Of a stretch of DNA of 51,935 nucleotides, positions 39,475 through 48,937 are shown piece after piece. Within the stretch, counting starts at the first letter, position 1. The number at the start of each line of letters is the position of its first letter. Under the pieces are notes generated by a model. The model saw only the letters and a list, made by a program, of their open reading frames with translations. It did no database searches and was not told the DNA's origin. Both the position numbers and the translations under genes were made by a program. Source of the DNA: a virus (taxonomy: Duplodnaviria; Caudoviricetes); IMG/VR virus record IMGVR_UViG_3300017705_000711, positions 1 through 51,935 of that record. One strand, 5' to 3'.

Positions 39475-40095
39475 TTTAACCCTAGTCGGCTACCCTAATT
39501 TAAAAGTAATAACCCACAAAGGGACGACTTATTATTATAGTTTTGAGTCTGATGATTATGGTAGACCTATATACATTGAAAAGTCAAATGTCACAGACCC
39601 CGTTACACCAAATCTACTTTACGCCTAACACGATTAGGGAAGATGAAGAGTCAAAAGTCAAAACTCCAATCGAACGTGCGGAGGCTTTGTCTAAACGCCT
39701 GAAAAAATTGGCTAATACGGAAATGTCAAAAGGTATTTACTTAGGTCCAAAAGTCAAAAACTCTGTTAAGGTCGCAGGTATTCTGGCGAGACTAAAAGTA
39801 AGACAAAAACACCAAGACTGGAAAAGTCAAAAGGTTAATGAAACCTTTACGACCAAAAAAGATGCTTGGCGAAAAGGGATTATAACTAACATACCTGATA
39901 AAAAGACAATGTATTTTACGGGTAAACAAACCTCTTACGATACGGCTGTTGTTTTCCGACAAGCCATAAAAGTCAAATAATGTCGTATTTTCAAGGTAAC
40001 CTTTTCCAACTCAAGTTATCCAAAAAAGAACTTCTTCCTTTTCTGTCTATGTTACCCATAGTTGAACTTGGGGCTAACGAGGTAGAAAAGTCAAA
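38775..40095 (+). repeat. Cluster 1 of polar motif AAAAGTCAAA (9 exact copies)
   Basis: Starts 38775, 38922, 39460, 39579, 39653, 39749, 39822, 39968, 40086. Confidence 0.85.
39588..39980 (+). CDS. Hypothetical basic protein
   Basis: ORF 39543-39980; ATG 39588 chosen, start uncertain. Confidence 0.6.
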   Translation: MSQTPLHQIYFTPNTIREDEESKVKTPIERAEALSKRLKKLANTEMSKGIYLGPKVKNSVKVAGILARLKVRQKHQDWKSQKVNETFTTKKDAWRKGIITNIPDKKTMYFTGKQTSYDTAVVFRQAIKVK

Positions 40096-40396
40096 AGCGA
40101 TGAAAGTTATAGGCTTGGACAATGAACTTGTTTTTGACTTATTGAAACACCATGACCTCGATTTGCTAAACGCTTATCGTATTGTGTTATTTGTGTTAAG
40201 CCTAAAAGAGTTTCCTTCTGACCTCAATCCGTTTCTACGAAGAATAAAGTTCCTCGACAAGGGATTTGAGACACGCTTTAAGAGAATGCTTGGACGCACA
40301 TCTGTTTCTGAGAATAATATTTCTGTGAAAGAACTTAATAGTTGGTGGGAATTAAAATCCAAATACGATGATGGTGGTAAACCAATAACAGAATAG
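39980..40396 (+). CDS. Hypothetical protein
   Basis: 138 aa, TAATG coupling. Confidence 0.7.
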   Translation: MSYFQGNLFQLKLSKKELLPFLSMLPIVELGANEVEKSKAMKVIGLDNELVFDLLKHHDLDLLNAYRIVLFVLSLKEFPSDLNPFLRRIKFLDKGFETRFKRMLGRTSVSENNISVKELNSWWELKSKYDDGGKPITE

Positions 40397-40436
40397 GTAT
40401 AACCCAAATCATGTTAATCGTAGCACTACACGCCGT

Positions 40437-40451
40437 CTGCCATTTTGGCAG
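40437..40451 (+). promoter_or_regulatory. Palindromic operator-like site CTGCCA-TTT-TGGCAG
   Basis: Reverse complement of four copies at 50.1-51.7 kb. Confidence 0.7.
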
Positions 40452-40616
40452 GGTTGAGTTCCGCTATGCGAAGAAAGGCGAAACCCAATAATCCCTACAT
40501 TCTATTATAGAAAAGGTTTAAGGAATAACGACCTATTTTCGCCTATACAAGTTATCGTTATTCTGTAATTCAAGGAACGGTAAGGAGTTATGTCCAAAAT
40601 ATTTCATAAATAGTTG

Positions 40617-40645
40617 TTCAAAACTTGCCCCCCCATGACTATAAT
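40617..40645 (+). promoter_or_regulatory. Sigma70-like promoter
   Basis: TTCAAA-17 nt-TATAAT. Confidence 0.55.
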
Positions 40646-40648
40646 AAT

Positions 40649-40736
40649 ATGTAGGGAATGGAAGTAAGACGCTGAACCATAATAATAACCTAAGTGAGAT
40701 ACTTGAAAAATACTTTGGTGCGTTCCTTCCCTACAT
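40649..40736 (+). ncRNA. Structured 5' leader or small RNA
   Basis: atgtagggaa(t)ggaa pairs with ttccttccctacat; inner gacgc..acca / tggtgcgtt. Confidence 0.5.
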
Positions 40737-40771
40737 TAACCCACTCTAATAACAATAATAGAAAAAACCAA

Positions 40772-41059
40772 ATGCGAAGCACCTATATTTCAGAACGAAA
40801 GTTCACTTATGATAATGGTAAGAAAACAGAACGCCATGTTCTCTCTACCGCCCACAACCAAAATACTCTGCGTGGATTCGATGTGAGTAACCTTACAAAA
40901 GGACAAATCACTCGTATCCGTAATGCTTGGGAGAAAATCCAAAACCAAAATTGGAAGTTGGAAACCAAAGAACGCAAAGTTATGGACGCTGTTGGAAGTC
41001 CTGCGAAAAGTAATTTCCGCACCTTCAAGACGGCAAGTATTAAATCATTTGATATGTAA
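40772..41059 (+). CDS. Small protein, WYL/Sm-like fold suspected
   Basis: FTY...ERHV...LRGFD...FRTFK..SI pattern. Confidence 0.55.
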   Translation: MRSTYISERKFTYDNGKKTERHVLSTAHNQNTLRGFDVSNLTKGQITRIRNAWEKIQNQNWKLETKERKVMDAVGSPAKSNFRTFKTASIKSFDM

Positions 41060-41096
41060 TTATAGATATATTTAATGTAAAAACTTAAAGTTTTTT

Positions 41097-41132
41097 AGCC
41101 TTCTAGCGATTATGTTGGAAGGCTTTTTTTTT
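41097..41132 (+). terminator. Intrinsic terminator
   Basis: agccttctagc / gttggaaggct stem followed by a T run. Confidence 0.88.
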
Positions 41133-41154
41133 GCCCATTTTGTTCCTTTTTCGC

Positions 41155-41183
41155 TTGACATCGAGGGGGGGATATGTTATAAT
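41155..41183 (+). promoter_or_regulatory. Consensus sigma70 early promoter
   Basis: TTGACA-17 nt-TATAAT with extended TG. Confidence 0.92.
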
Positions 41184-41247
41184 ATACGCCTAATAGGGCA
41201 AGAACTACCTTACCAAATTAACCATAAACTCGTTGGAGCAAAACCAA

Positions 41248-42057
41248 ATGTCTAATAACTTTGTAATTGACAATACAAAAAAAGAAGTCTTGACCACTCT
41301 TATCAAAGGTGGCAAATCATGTTTAATCACAGGCGCAACAGGTGCGGGTAAAACCACTTTCTGTTACTCACTTGCTGATGAACTTAATATGAATCCTGTT
41401 GTTATCAACTGTGGTTCAACCCAAGATGCTAGAACAAGTTTACTTGGGTATTTTACTTTGGAGGACGGAAACACAAAGTTTCAACAATCTGATTTTCTAA
41501 GTGCTATTCAAAAACCGAATACACTTATTATCCTTGATGAATTATCAAGAGCAAGTGATGATGCTTACAACATCATCTTTCCTATTTTAGATTTCCGCCG
41601 TAACATTCGTGTTGATGAAGTTGCGGAAGGGCATGAAATAGAAGTTGATGGCTCAGTTAGGTTTGTCGCTACCGCAAATGTTGGTATTGAATACTCGGCT
41701 ACTAGAACTATTGACCGAGCGTTACAAGACCGTTTTATGGTTTTCAACTTGCCATACTTAAACAAAAAACAATTAAAGTCTTACATTAGGAAGCAACACG
41801 ATAAGGAAACTGCGGAAGCAGTATCTCCGTTGCTTGATGTTTACTCTTACACCCACAAAATGTTTGCTGACGGCAAAATTGGAAGTCGTTTGTCCACGAG
41901 GGCTGTTCTTGATGTTTTACCTTTGGTAAAAACTTTCTCGACGAAAGACATTATGGAAACTGTTATCTTATCTCAGTTTTCACAAGATTCATCTAGCATT
42001 ATCAACGATGCTAATATCATTCGTGAATATGCCGATAGCATTGGGATTTATAACTAA
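41248..42057 (+). CDS. MoxR-type AAA+ ATPase (CbbQ/NorQ/CobS-like)
   Basis: GATGAGKT, ILDELSRA, ATAN.G.EY, DRALQDRF, STR. Confidence 0.9.
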   Translation: MSNNFVIDNTKKEVLTTLIKGGKSCLITGATGAGKTTFCYSLADELNMNPVVINCGSTQDARTSLLGYFTLEDGNTKFQQSDFLSAIQKPNTLIILDELSRASDDAYNIIFPILDFRRNIRVDEVAEGHEIEVDGSVRFVATANVGIEYSATRTIDRALQDRFMVFNLPYLNKKQLKSYIRKQHDKETAEAVSPLLDVYSYTHKMFADGKIGSRLSTRAVLDVLPLVKTFSTKDIMETVILSQFSQDSSSIINDANIIREYADSIGIYN

Positions 42058-43268
42058 TGAGCAAGAAAGTTTTTCAGCCTAACGAAGATGTTAAGATTGA
42101 CGCTGAGTATATGGAACGATGGCTTGGTGGGGTAAAGATTCATTCTTTATCCCCTAAGACCCTGTTTGATTTACAAACTTTGTTATCACACTACAGGGAT
42201 ATTATTGTTCCTATGGACAATGTAAAAGTTTCGTTTCCTGTAGAGGGTTTTGATACTGCCTGTGCTTCTGTTGATGAAAAAAAGATTTTCATTCCAACTC
42301 AAGTGTTACAGGAGGGTAAAATAGATGAAACCATTGGTTTGGTTATTCACGAATTAAACCATATCAAACACTCGGAAAAGGAATCGACTTTGTTAAAGGT
42401 CTGCGCTAACTTTATTATGGTGTGTTTAGATTCTATCTTTGTGGAAACTAGCGTAGAAGGAGAATATCTTTCATTGAAAGAAATAGTGTATCAAGGAGGT
42501 TTTAATTTTGCGCATATTCAGCAAGGTTATCCCCAAACACCTATGGAAGAATTTTTCTCAATGTGTATTAAAGATGTTATGCTTTTGTTAAACTCGGTTG
42601 AGGATATTCGGATTGACGCTATATGCCCACATAACTTGAAAAAATACATAGACAAGATAGACACTAACTCGTTTGAGAATTTCAAAGAACATTATGAAAA
42701 TGGAGCGTTAGACGATGAATCTTTAATGAACATCGTTTACCGTATGCTGTATCATCATAAAGGTTTTATTCACGACCCTACTATCTCCAAGCGTTATGGG
42801 GATACAGAATACATCAAAAGCAGTTTACCTAAAACTTATGTTCCTACTTTGTTAAAAAGTTTTAAGAATGAAATTAAAGAACATTGCGAGGAGATTTACA
42901 ATAGTTTTAGTCCATCTCAACCGCAAGGAAAATCTCAAACTGATGAATACCTAACGCTTATGGAAACATCATCAAATGAAGAAAGTTTCAACAAAATGTT
43001 GGGAGAAGATAAATCTTTTTCTGATGAATGTGTTGAGGGTGTTGAGTTCGAGGATTCTGAGTTAGACCCTAACTCAAACTTGGAAAACCGAAAAACTGAA
43101 TACCAAAAACAAGAAGAAGATAACCGAGAACTGGCAGAAATGCCTTCTTACATGGAAGCATCTATAAATGTTTTCAAGAATGTCGATGTTGTAGATTGTT
43201 CAGAACAATTTACAGACAGATACGGCGATACTAACCAAATAAATTACAAAACACTACTAATAGGATAA
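42057..43268 (+). CDS. HEXXH metallopeptidase-like protein (CobT N-terminal-like)
   Basis: IHELNHIKHS and NSVEDIRID; acidic C-terminal region. Confidence 0.75.
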   Translation: MSKKVFQPNEDVKIDAEYMERWLGGVKIHSLSPKTLFDLQTLLSHYRDIIVPMDNVKVSFPVEGFDTACASVDEKKIFIPTQVLQEGKIDETIGLVIHELNHIKHSEKESTLLKVCANFIMVCLDSIFVETSVEGEYLSLKEIVYQGGFNFAHIQQGYPQTPMEEFFSMCIKDVMLLLNSVEDIRIDAICPHNLKKYIDKIDTNSFENFKEHYENGALDDESLMNIVYRMLYHHKGFIHDPTISKRYGDTEYIKSSLPKTYVPTLLKSFKNEIKEHCEEIYNSFSPSQPQGKSQTDEYLTLMETSSNEESFNKMLGEDKSFSDECVEGVEFEDSELDPNSNLENRKTEYQKQEEDNRELAEMPSYMEASINVFKNVDVVDCSEQFTDRYGDTNQINYKTLLIG

Positions 43269-43975
43269 TGCCTCAAACCACAACTAAAAAACTACACCTT
43301 TACCAACCAAAATCACCACTTGCTTACGCTGACACCATGAACGAGGAATTGCTTTCTGAGTTTGATTCTACGGACATCGAAGCATACGAAAAAGAAGAAG
43401 TCGTTATGTTCGGTTTCCGTAAGGAAGATATTACTTCCACTCAAACTGTAATTGAAGAAGTTTCACAAGGATTAAAATTTTTGTTCGGCGACCAATCTAA
43501 ACAATTAAAATACATTGAGAGAGCCTTAACTAAAGGCGAAACTATTTGTGATTCACATTACGATAAGTTTGTGAGAGCAGAAAGGGTTGAAAAACTAATA
43601 GATAGTGCTAAGTTAAAACACAAAGGACAGGCAACCCAAGTTGGTTTGTCTGAAACTAATGTTGAGGAACTTAACTCTGCTATCGCATACCTTACCGAAA
43701 AAGGTTTTACATTTGGGCGAGATTTTACTGCCCATAATGCTATTGACATATCAAAGGCGCACTACCTTGAACAATGCCATCTCGATGAGGATTTAGTAAG
43801 CCTATCAAACGATGTTGCGGATTGTAAAGAATGCGAGTTGGAATATGAAAAAGGCAATGTAAACTTATCAGCATACTCTTTAAGTTGTCGCTGTTACGAG
43901 GATAAGCCTCTTGATATTAACTTTAAGGATAACGCACCTCAGTTTTATGTATATGGAGAAACGCCTAATGCCTAA
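43268..43975 (+). CDS. Hypothetical protein
   Basis: 235 aa; CKEC and CRC near C-terminus. Confidence 0.75.
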   Translation: MPQTTTKKLHLYQPKSPLAYADTMNEELLSEFDSTDIEAYEKEEVVMFGFRKEDITSTQTVIEEVSQGLKFLFGDQSKQLKYIERALTKGETICDSHYDKFVRAERVEKLIDSAKLKHKGQATQVGLSETNVEELNSAIAYLTEKGFTFGRDFTAHNAIDISKAHYLEQCHLDEDLVSLSNDVADCKECELEYEKGNVNLSAYSLSCRCYEDKPLDINFKDNAPQFYVYGETPNA

Positions 43976-44861
43976 ACCGAGAGTAACGATAGACAAAGAA
44001 GTGATGTTTGACGAGGATAAGTTTTCTCGTCGTTTTGATGTGTTAGGTTTTCGTGATAACTTATACCACAAGTTTTCACGCAACATAATGTTATTACTTG
44101 ATAGCAAAAAACCTAGAACTACCTTTACAAATAAGGGTAGACTAGAACCTCGCAGAGCATACCGTTATAACTTTTCTGACCAACTGTTTAAGCAAAACCA
44201 ATCTACCCCAACAGGAGATACTACCATTCTATTTTTGATTGACGGTAGTGGTAGTATGGAAAGTTCCGATAGAATTGAAAAATGTAGTGCTATTTGCTCT
44301 GCGTTTGGAAAAGCAATAAACGATGTTACTAAAAACCAAATTAAGTTTGAGTGTTTTGTAAAACACGCACCTCCTACGGACGATGTTGAATACGGAGGTA
44401 GGTTTGTTACCCTTACAAAAATACTTTCCAACACTAAGAGTTCTATAAAAGATTTCGATAAAATTTTAAGGCTTACCACCCTTAGCCCTTTGAAAGTAAC
44501 TGACACAAATCGACCTATTGGTAGTTATACTGCTGAGTTTGCTGTGTTACCTGCTTTGCGGAAATACATGGCAAAAAATCTTACGACTAAAAATGCGATT
44601 GTAGTAAACCTTACTGATGGTGGGGCTTACTGCGAATTGGGAAAAGATGGCACTTACAGTTTTCGTGATAAGGAAAACGGACAGATGAGAATTAAATACT
44701 TATCTCAAGTTCCTCATGTAACTGTTATGGTAGGAAATGATTTGGACGAAAAGGAATTAGCCGAAGTGTATGGCAATAATGTAGTAGAGTGCGCAGATGA
44801 TAATTTTGTGCCTAATCTTTTTAAGATGTTTATGGGATTTTTGGAGGATACTTATGAGTAA
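43968..44861 (+). CDS. von Willebrand factor A domain protein (CobT C-terminal-like)
   Basis: GRL..RR...LFKQ, LIDGSGSM MIDAS, LTDG. Confidence 0.88.
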   Translation: MPKPRVTIDKEVMFDEDKFSRRFDVLGFRDNLYHKFSRNIMLLLDSKKPRTTFTNKGRLEPRRAYRYNFSDQLFKQNQSTPTGDTTILFLIDGSGSMESSDRIEKCSAICSAFGKAINDVTKNQIKFECFVKHAPPTDDVEYGGRFVTLTKILSNTKSSIKDFDKILRLTTLSPLKVTDTNRPIGSYTAEFAVLPALRKYMAKNLTTKNAIVVNLTDGGAYCELGKDGTYSFRDKENGQMRIKYLSQVPHVTVMVGNDLDEKELAEVYGNNVVECADDNFVPNLFKMFMGFLEDTYE

Positions 44862-45426
44862 TAAACTAACAGCAAAACAATGGAATACTCTTTGGGAAAA
44901 ATACAAAAACTTAATGTATAGTATTTCTTACCGAATAGGTGGCGATAGGATTTGTAATAGTCTTGAGGATAGCGTTCAAGAGTTATCCATTACTGCTATG
45001 GACGCTTGCCTAGCATACGAAAAGAAAACAGGAAAAAAGTTTGATGAATACATAAATACTACCCCATTTAACAAATACATTAAAACTTGTTTATGGAATA
45101 GGAAAAACAACAACGGCTTGAAGATTGAAAAGAAAAGAGCAATCAACAGTCATTGTAGTTTAGATGAACAAATAGCGGAAACAAATATAAATCTCAATAC
45201 TGATGTTTGCCCTGTTTCTGCTTTGGTAGATGATGTATGTCTTACAGACGAACTGATTTCTGTAAGAGATGTAATCCTTACCGACACAAACATGATTAAG
45301 CCTAACGGCAGAATCAACATCTCAAGATTATCAAAATATCTTGGGAAAAGTAAACCAAATACACAAAAGGCACTCGCCGAACTAAAAGAAAAATACAAAG
45401 ATTTTGAGGAAATGAATAATGTCTAA
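44854..45426 (+). CDS. Phage sigma70/ECF-like sigma factor
   Basis: KYKNLMYSISYR, EDSVQE, FNKYIKTCLWNR region-2 pattern; C-terminal HTH-like ISRLSKYLGKS. Confidence 0.65.
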   Translation: MSNKLTAKQWNTLWEKYKNLMYSISYRIGGDRICNSLEDSVQELSITAMDACLAYEKKTGKKFDEYINTTPFNKYIKTCLWNRKNNNGLKIEKKRAINSHCSLDEQIAETNINLNTDVCPVSALVDDVCLTDELISVRDVILTDTNMIKPNGRINISRLSKYLGKSKPNTQKALAELKEKYKDFEEMNNV

Positions 45427-46171
45427 GTTTAGAAAAAATAAAACAACACCAAAGATTGAGGTCTGCGGAAAAACACCTGTCTCTCCTGTTTTCGCAGGAT
45501 TCAAAGATGTTATGGAGAATTTAACATACGGCATACGAAACAATAGTGCTATTTTGGATTCTGAATTGCGAGTGTTAATTGAAAACTACGAAAAGTTCCG
45601 CTACTTAAATAGTGGCGAAGCATTTTTTAGCGTAACCAAAGAGCATGAACCAAAATCGAATTTCGTCGAGCAACCACATAAAAGTGGTTTAATTGTTTCT
45701 GTTGGTATGTTGCGTTTACTGATAACTACTATCCTCCCTGTAATGTTAAAAGACCGTTATACTCATACTCATAGGGGCGATAAGCGTAAAAAGGAAACTA
45801 AAAGTATGGATTGGGTAAAACCAGATTTCAAAAGTATGAAGCATTGGTTCAAGTTGTTGGATACAATTTGGTTTGTGAAAGAAAGCCCTTGCGATATTAT
45901 TGAAGCAACAGGACGAATAAAAGTATTCAACCAATGTAACACAAAAACAAGATACGGTTATCGTATGAGTGGTATGCCAAGCCCCTTAACTAACATTTTC
46001 ATGTCGAAAAGATATGAACCAACATCATGGTATAATACTTGTAGAAAGTGTTATTACAATGACCATGCCGACCATGTTTGGAGGGCAAATTACAAAAATG
46101 ATTACGCACCTCTAAGAGACTACGGAATGTCTTATGACACCATTTTGTCTGAAACAGCAATGTCGCTATAA
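45419..46171 (+). CDS. Hypothetical protein
   Basis: 250-aa ORF with GAGG SD. Confidence 0.75.
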   Translation: MSKFRKNKTTPKIEVCGKTPVSPVFAGFKDVMENLTYGIRNNSAILDSELRVLIENYEKFRYLNSGEAFFSVTKEHEPKSNFVEQPHKSGLIVSVGMLRLLITTILPVMLKDRYTHTHRGDKRKKETKSMDWVKPDFKSMKHWFKLLDTIWFVKESPCDIIEATGRIKVFNQCNTKTRYGYRMSGMPSPLTNIFMSKRYEPTSWYNTCRKCYYNDHADHVWRANYKNDYAPLRDYGMSYDTILSETAMSL

Positions 46172-46190
46172 CCTTAACCCTAATAATAAA

Positions 46191-46649
46191 ATGAAATTAT
46201 CAAAGAATAAAATAACCTTTTTAGCAATAGCATCTGTGGTATTGACTATCTCCTGTGTTATGTCGTGCGTAACCCCTACGCCAAAAACAAAAACGCCTAA
46301 CGCTTTACTGTTAGAGTGGAATGAAATTTACGAAACCCTCGATACCACGATTGACGAATCAGTTGATATGGAAGTTTGGGGGTTGCGTGAGAAACTAGAA
46401 CCTCATGGTATTACTGTGTTTCGTGTAGACCCAAATAATGTTGAACACCAACGCCGATACCAAAGACATCTTTTGGGTAACTTAAACCCAAGAATGGAAA
46501 TGACGGATTGGCAAATACATAAAGCGCACTCGTATCCTGTAAATGGAACAATGTATGATGAGAGTTGCCCTCATTGTAGAAAAGAAATGGTGGAATATAT
46601 AAATGTAGGAATACAAAGATACAAAGCCGAAGTGGAGATGGGTGTATGA
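46191..46649 (+). CDS. Exported/lipoprotein-like hypothetical protein
   Basis: Signal-like N-terminus ending ISC/MSC; HKAH and CPHC. Confidence 0.65.
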   Translation: MKLSKNKITFLAIASVVLTISCVMSCVTPTPKTKTPNALLLEWNEIYETLDTTIDESVDMEVWGLREKLEPHGITVFRVDPNNVEHQRRYQRHLLGNLNPRMEMTDWQIHKAHSYPVNGTMYDESCPHCRKEMVEYINVGIQRYKAEVEMGV

Positions 46650-46819
46650 GAAAAACAAGTAAATACAGAATGTTAAAACGCTTTAGCCACAAATCAAAGG
46701 CTGAAGCGTTTATGGAAAAACTAGGCAGGGATAACTTGTCTATATTTACAAGAAAGTTTAAGGACAAGGATAAGACTCGTGTCTATGTAAGAGAACTTGT
46801 AAGGAAGGGAAGTAAATGA
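46646..46819 (+). CDS. 57-aa basic protein (not in the ORF track)
   Basis: MRKTSKYRMLKRFSHK...; ATGA overlaps at both ends. Confidence 0.65.
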   Translation: MRKTSKYRMLKRFSHKSKAEAFMEKLGRDNLSIFTRKFKDKDKTRVYVRELVRKGSK

Positions 46820-47037
46820 AGTTTTTAGAAAATTATTTTAGAAAAGGGTTTTACACAATGGCTTTCCTTAGAACGCTTGCGTGTATTATCCTTTTGATAC
46901 TTGCGTTATGCTCATGCGGAACTATAGAATATGCTTACTCAGAAGCATCTTGGGTATCACATCAAATTCACTTTCAAGAGAACATGGATATGCCTAACTG
47001 CCATTGGTGTTTTGAATACAACAGACAAATACCTTAA
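46816..47037 (+). CDS. Small lipoprotein-like protein
   Basis: Hydrophobic stretch ending LCSC; HQIH and CHWC. Confidence 0.6.
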   Translation: MKFLENYFRKGFYTMAFLRTLACIILLILALCSCGTIEYAYSEASWVSHQIHFQENMDMPNCHWCFEYNRQIP

Positions 47038-47039
47038 TT

Positions 47040-47531
47040 ATGCCAAATCATTGTAACACAACTTTACATCTTGACGGAGAAGAAATCCACCGCCAAGAGT
47101 TTGTAGATAAGAATAAAGGTTTTTCATGTTGGGATACTAAGCAAGAGAATGAATATAAAGATTTATCCTTTCACGCACAAGTGCCTATGCCTAAAAAACA
47201 TATCAACAGCCATAAGAAAAAAACATCAAATAGTGATTGGTATGGTTGGGCTAATAAACAATGGGGAACTAAATGGGAAGCCTACGAGGTTTGTCTTGAC
47301 CATCATAAAAACTACACTACATATAACTTTGATACTGCTTGGTGTATTCCCGAAGCATGGTTGAAAAAGGTTTCTAAGAAGTTTCCAAATATAAAGTTTA
47401 ATGTTGAGTGGGCTGAAGAAGGAGGTTGTGGTGGCAGATTTATGTTACACAATGGATTCTTTTTTCATGTCCATGAGTTTAACGAAAAAGAATGGAAAGA
47501 GTTTATGGGGTATGATGATGACGAAGAATAA
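47040..47531 (+). CDS. DUF1281/YubB ferredoxin-like domain protein
   Basis: MPNHC, WYGWANKQWGTKW, FDTAW..P. Confidence 0.85.
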   Translation: MPNHCNTTLHLDGEEIHRQEFVDKNKGFSCWDTKQENEYKDLSFHAQVPMPKKHINSHKKKTSNSDWYGWANKQWGTKWEAYEVCLDHHKNYTTYNFDTAWCIPEAWLKKVSKKFPNIKFNVEWAEEGGCGGRFMLHNGFFFHVHEFNEKEWKEFMGYDDDEE

Positions 47532-47676
47532 AAAGAAACCAAAAGCAAAATTAACCAAACTTCCTCCATGTATTATATGTGGGGGAACAGGTATTCACGA
47601 GGAAAAAATTAAAGGTTACAGACGATACAAATGTTGGTCGTGTAACGGAACAAAAACACAACAACTAAACACATGA
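47512..47676 (+). CDS. Small DnaJ-type zinc-finger protein
   Basis: CIICGGTG...CWSCNGT. Confidence 0.65.
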   Translation: MMMTKNKKKPKAKLTKLPPCIICGGTGIHEEKIKGYRRYKCWSCNGTKTQQLNT

Positions 47677-47996
47677 AAAAAATAAACACACTAACACTAA
47701 TATCGGTTATCCTGTTATACACAACAACCGTAATGTTTGCTTTTAGTATCCCTAGAGCAACATACCCAAAGAACTTTATACCTTTTTGGTCGCAACCAAG
47801 AGGTGGACACGAAACAACATTGTTGAATACAGCACAGATTGTTCGTATCGTTCCTGTTTTCGACCCAAATGAAGAAGAACCCAATCATAAAGATATTCAA
47901 CACTTAGAAGTGTATATGACTGATGGAAAGGTTCTAACAGTAAACGAGAATTTCGCAGAGTTTTACCAAAGAGTAAGAGTATCACAGGCAAAGTAA
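47673..47996 (+). CDS. Hypothetical membrane-anchored protein
   Basis: N-terminal hydrophobic helix; ATGA coupling. Confidence 0.7.
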   Translation: MKKINTLTLISVILLYTTTVMFAFSIPRATYPKNFIPFWSQPRGGHETTLLNTAQIVRIVPVFDPNEEEPNHKDIQHLEVYMTDGKVLTVNENFAEFYQRVRVSQAK

Positions 47997-48301
47997 TGAA
48001 AGATGATTACAAAGTAACACCAATACCCAAAGAACTATGGGGAGCATTAAATCTTGTTACTCACGAAGTAAGAATGGCATTGGCTATAACTCGTTCAAGA
48101 GATACTCGTTTAGCCAAAGCAGTAGCATTACTTGATGAATATGCTTCTTGCTTTGGTGCTGATGGTAGAGTTTCACAAAGAGGAGAAATACCACAATGTT
48201 GGAACGCAGAAACTATTTTCACACCACACAGAGAGTTTGGTAAAGAAGAAGTTTGTAGAGAACAATTAACATTTAATTTTGAGAACAATGAAACTGAGTA
48301 A
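47996..48301 (+). CDS. Hypothetical protein
   Basis: 101 aa, TAATG coupling. Confidence 0.7.
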   Translation: MKDDYKVTPIPKELWGALNLVTHEVRMALAITRSRDTRLAKAVALLDEYASCFGADGRVSQRGEIPQCWNAETIFTPHREFGKEEVCREQLTFNFENNETE

Positions 48302-48581
48302 AAGAGAAGCAGACGCAAAAATATTAAACACCCCATTGAAGTGGGGAAAATATGCTGTCATTAAATGGTATGCCAAATCATCACTCGCTTATCGGTCAGC
48401 CGACTTTGCTATTATGAACACAGCAAGCGGAGGTTATATGTATTCAGAAATTTGGTCAGCGAAAGCCTTTGGCATAATAAACAAAGGACTCGAAACGCCA
48501 AACAAAAACAATGATTGGTGTTATAGTGCTGTAGTAAATGTACAAACAGGCAAAATAGAGTGGAGAAACTACGCTGATTAA
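48288..48581 (+). CDS. Hypothetical protein
   Basis: 97 aa from ATG 48288. Confidence 0.7.
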   Translation: MKLSKREADAKILNTPLKWGKYAVIKWYAKSSLAYRSADFAIMNTASGGYMYSEIWSAKAFGIINKGLETPNKNNDWCYSAVVNVQTGKIEWRNYAD

Positions 48582-48595
48582 GACTATAATAAAGT

Positions 48596-48937
48596 ATGAG
48601 TAATACACTAGAACACAAAATTACAGAAGATGGAACACATGAGTTCGATTTTCAAAACCTTAAAATCCATCTAACAGATATTAGCGGTGCTAATATTGGT
48701 TCAGAAGGAGGACTGCGCTTTACGATGAGCCTAAAAGAATCTATGAAAGGTAAAGAAGTTTTAACCAAAGTAGATGAGTTCATCGTATATCCCGATGCTA
48801 TAGATTGGAAAAACGGCGGTAAGATGAAGCCAGAGTTTGAAAAAAGAATTAAGGAAGCACATGAATCTCGTGGAGAATCCTTAGCAGACGAAGCAGACCC
48901 TCAAAACGAAGAAAAAGAACAATCAGTAGATGAGTAA
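48596..48937 (+). CDS. Hypothetical protein
   Basis: 113 aa; TATAAT 5 nt before ATG. Confidence 0.72.
   Translation: MSNTLEHKITEDGTHEFDFQNLKIHLTDISGANIGSEGGLRFTMSLKESMKGKEVLTKVDEFIVYPDAIDWKNGGKMKPEFEKRIKEAHESRGESLADEADPQNEEKEQSVDE

Noticed and set aside
39392-39628. 78-aa + strand ORF
   Set aside because: Overlaps both neighbours and has no clear start signal; could be real but unsupported
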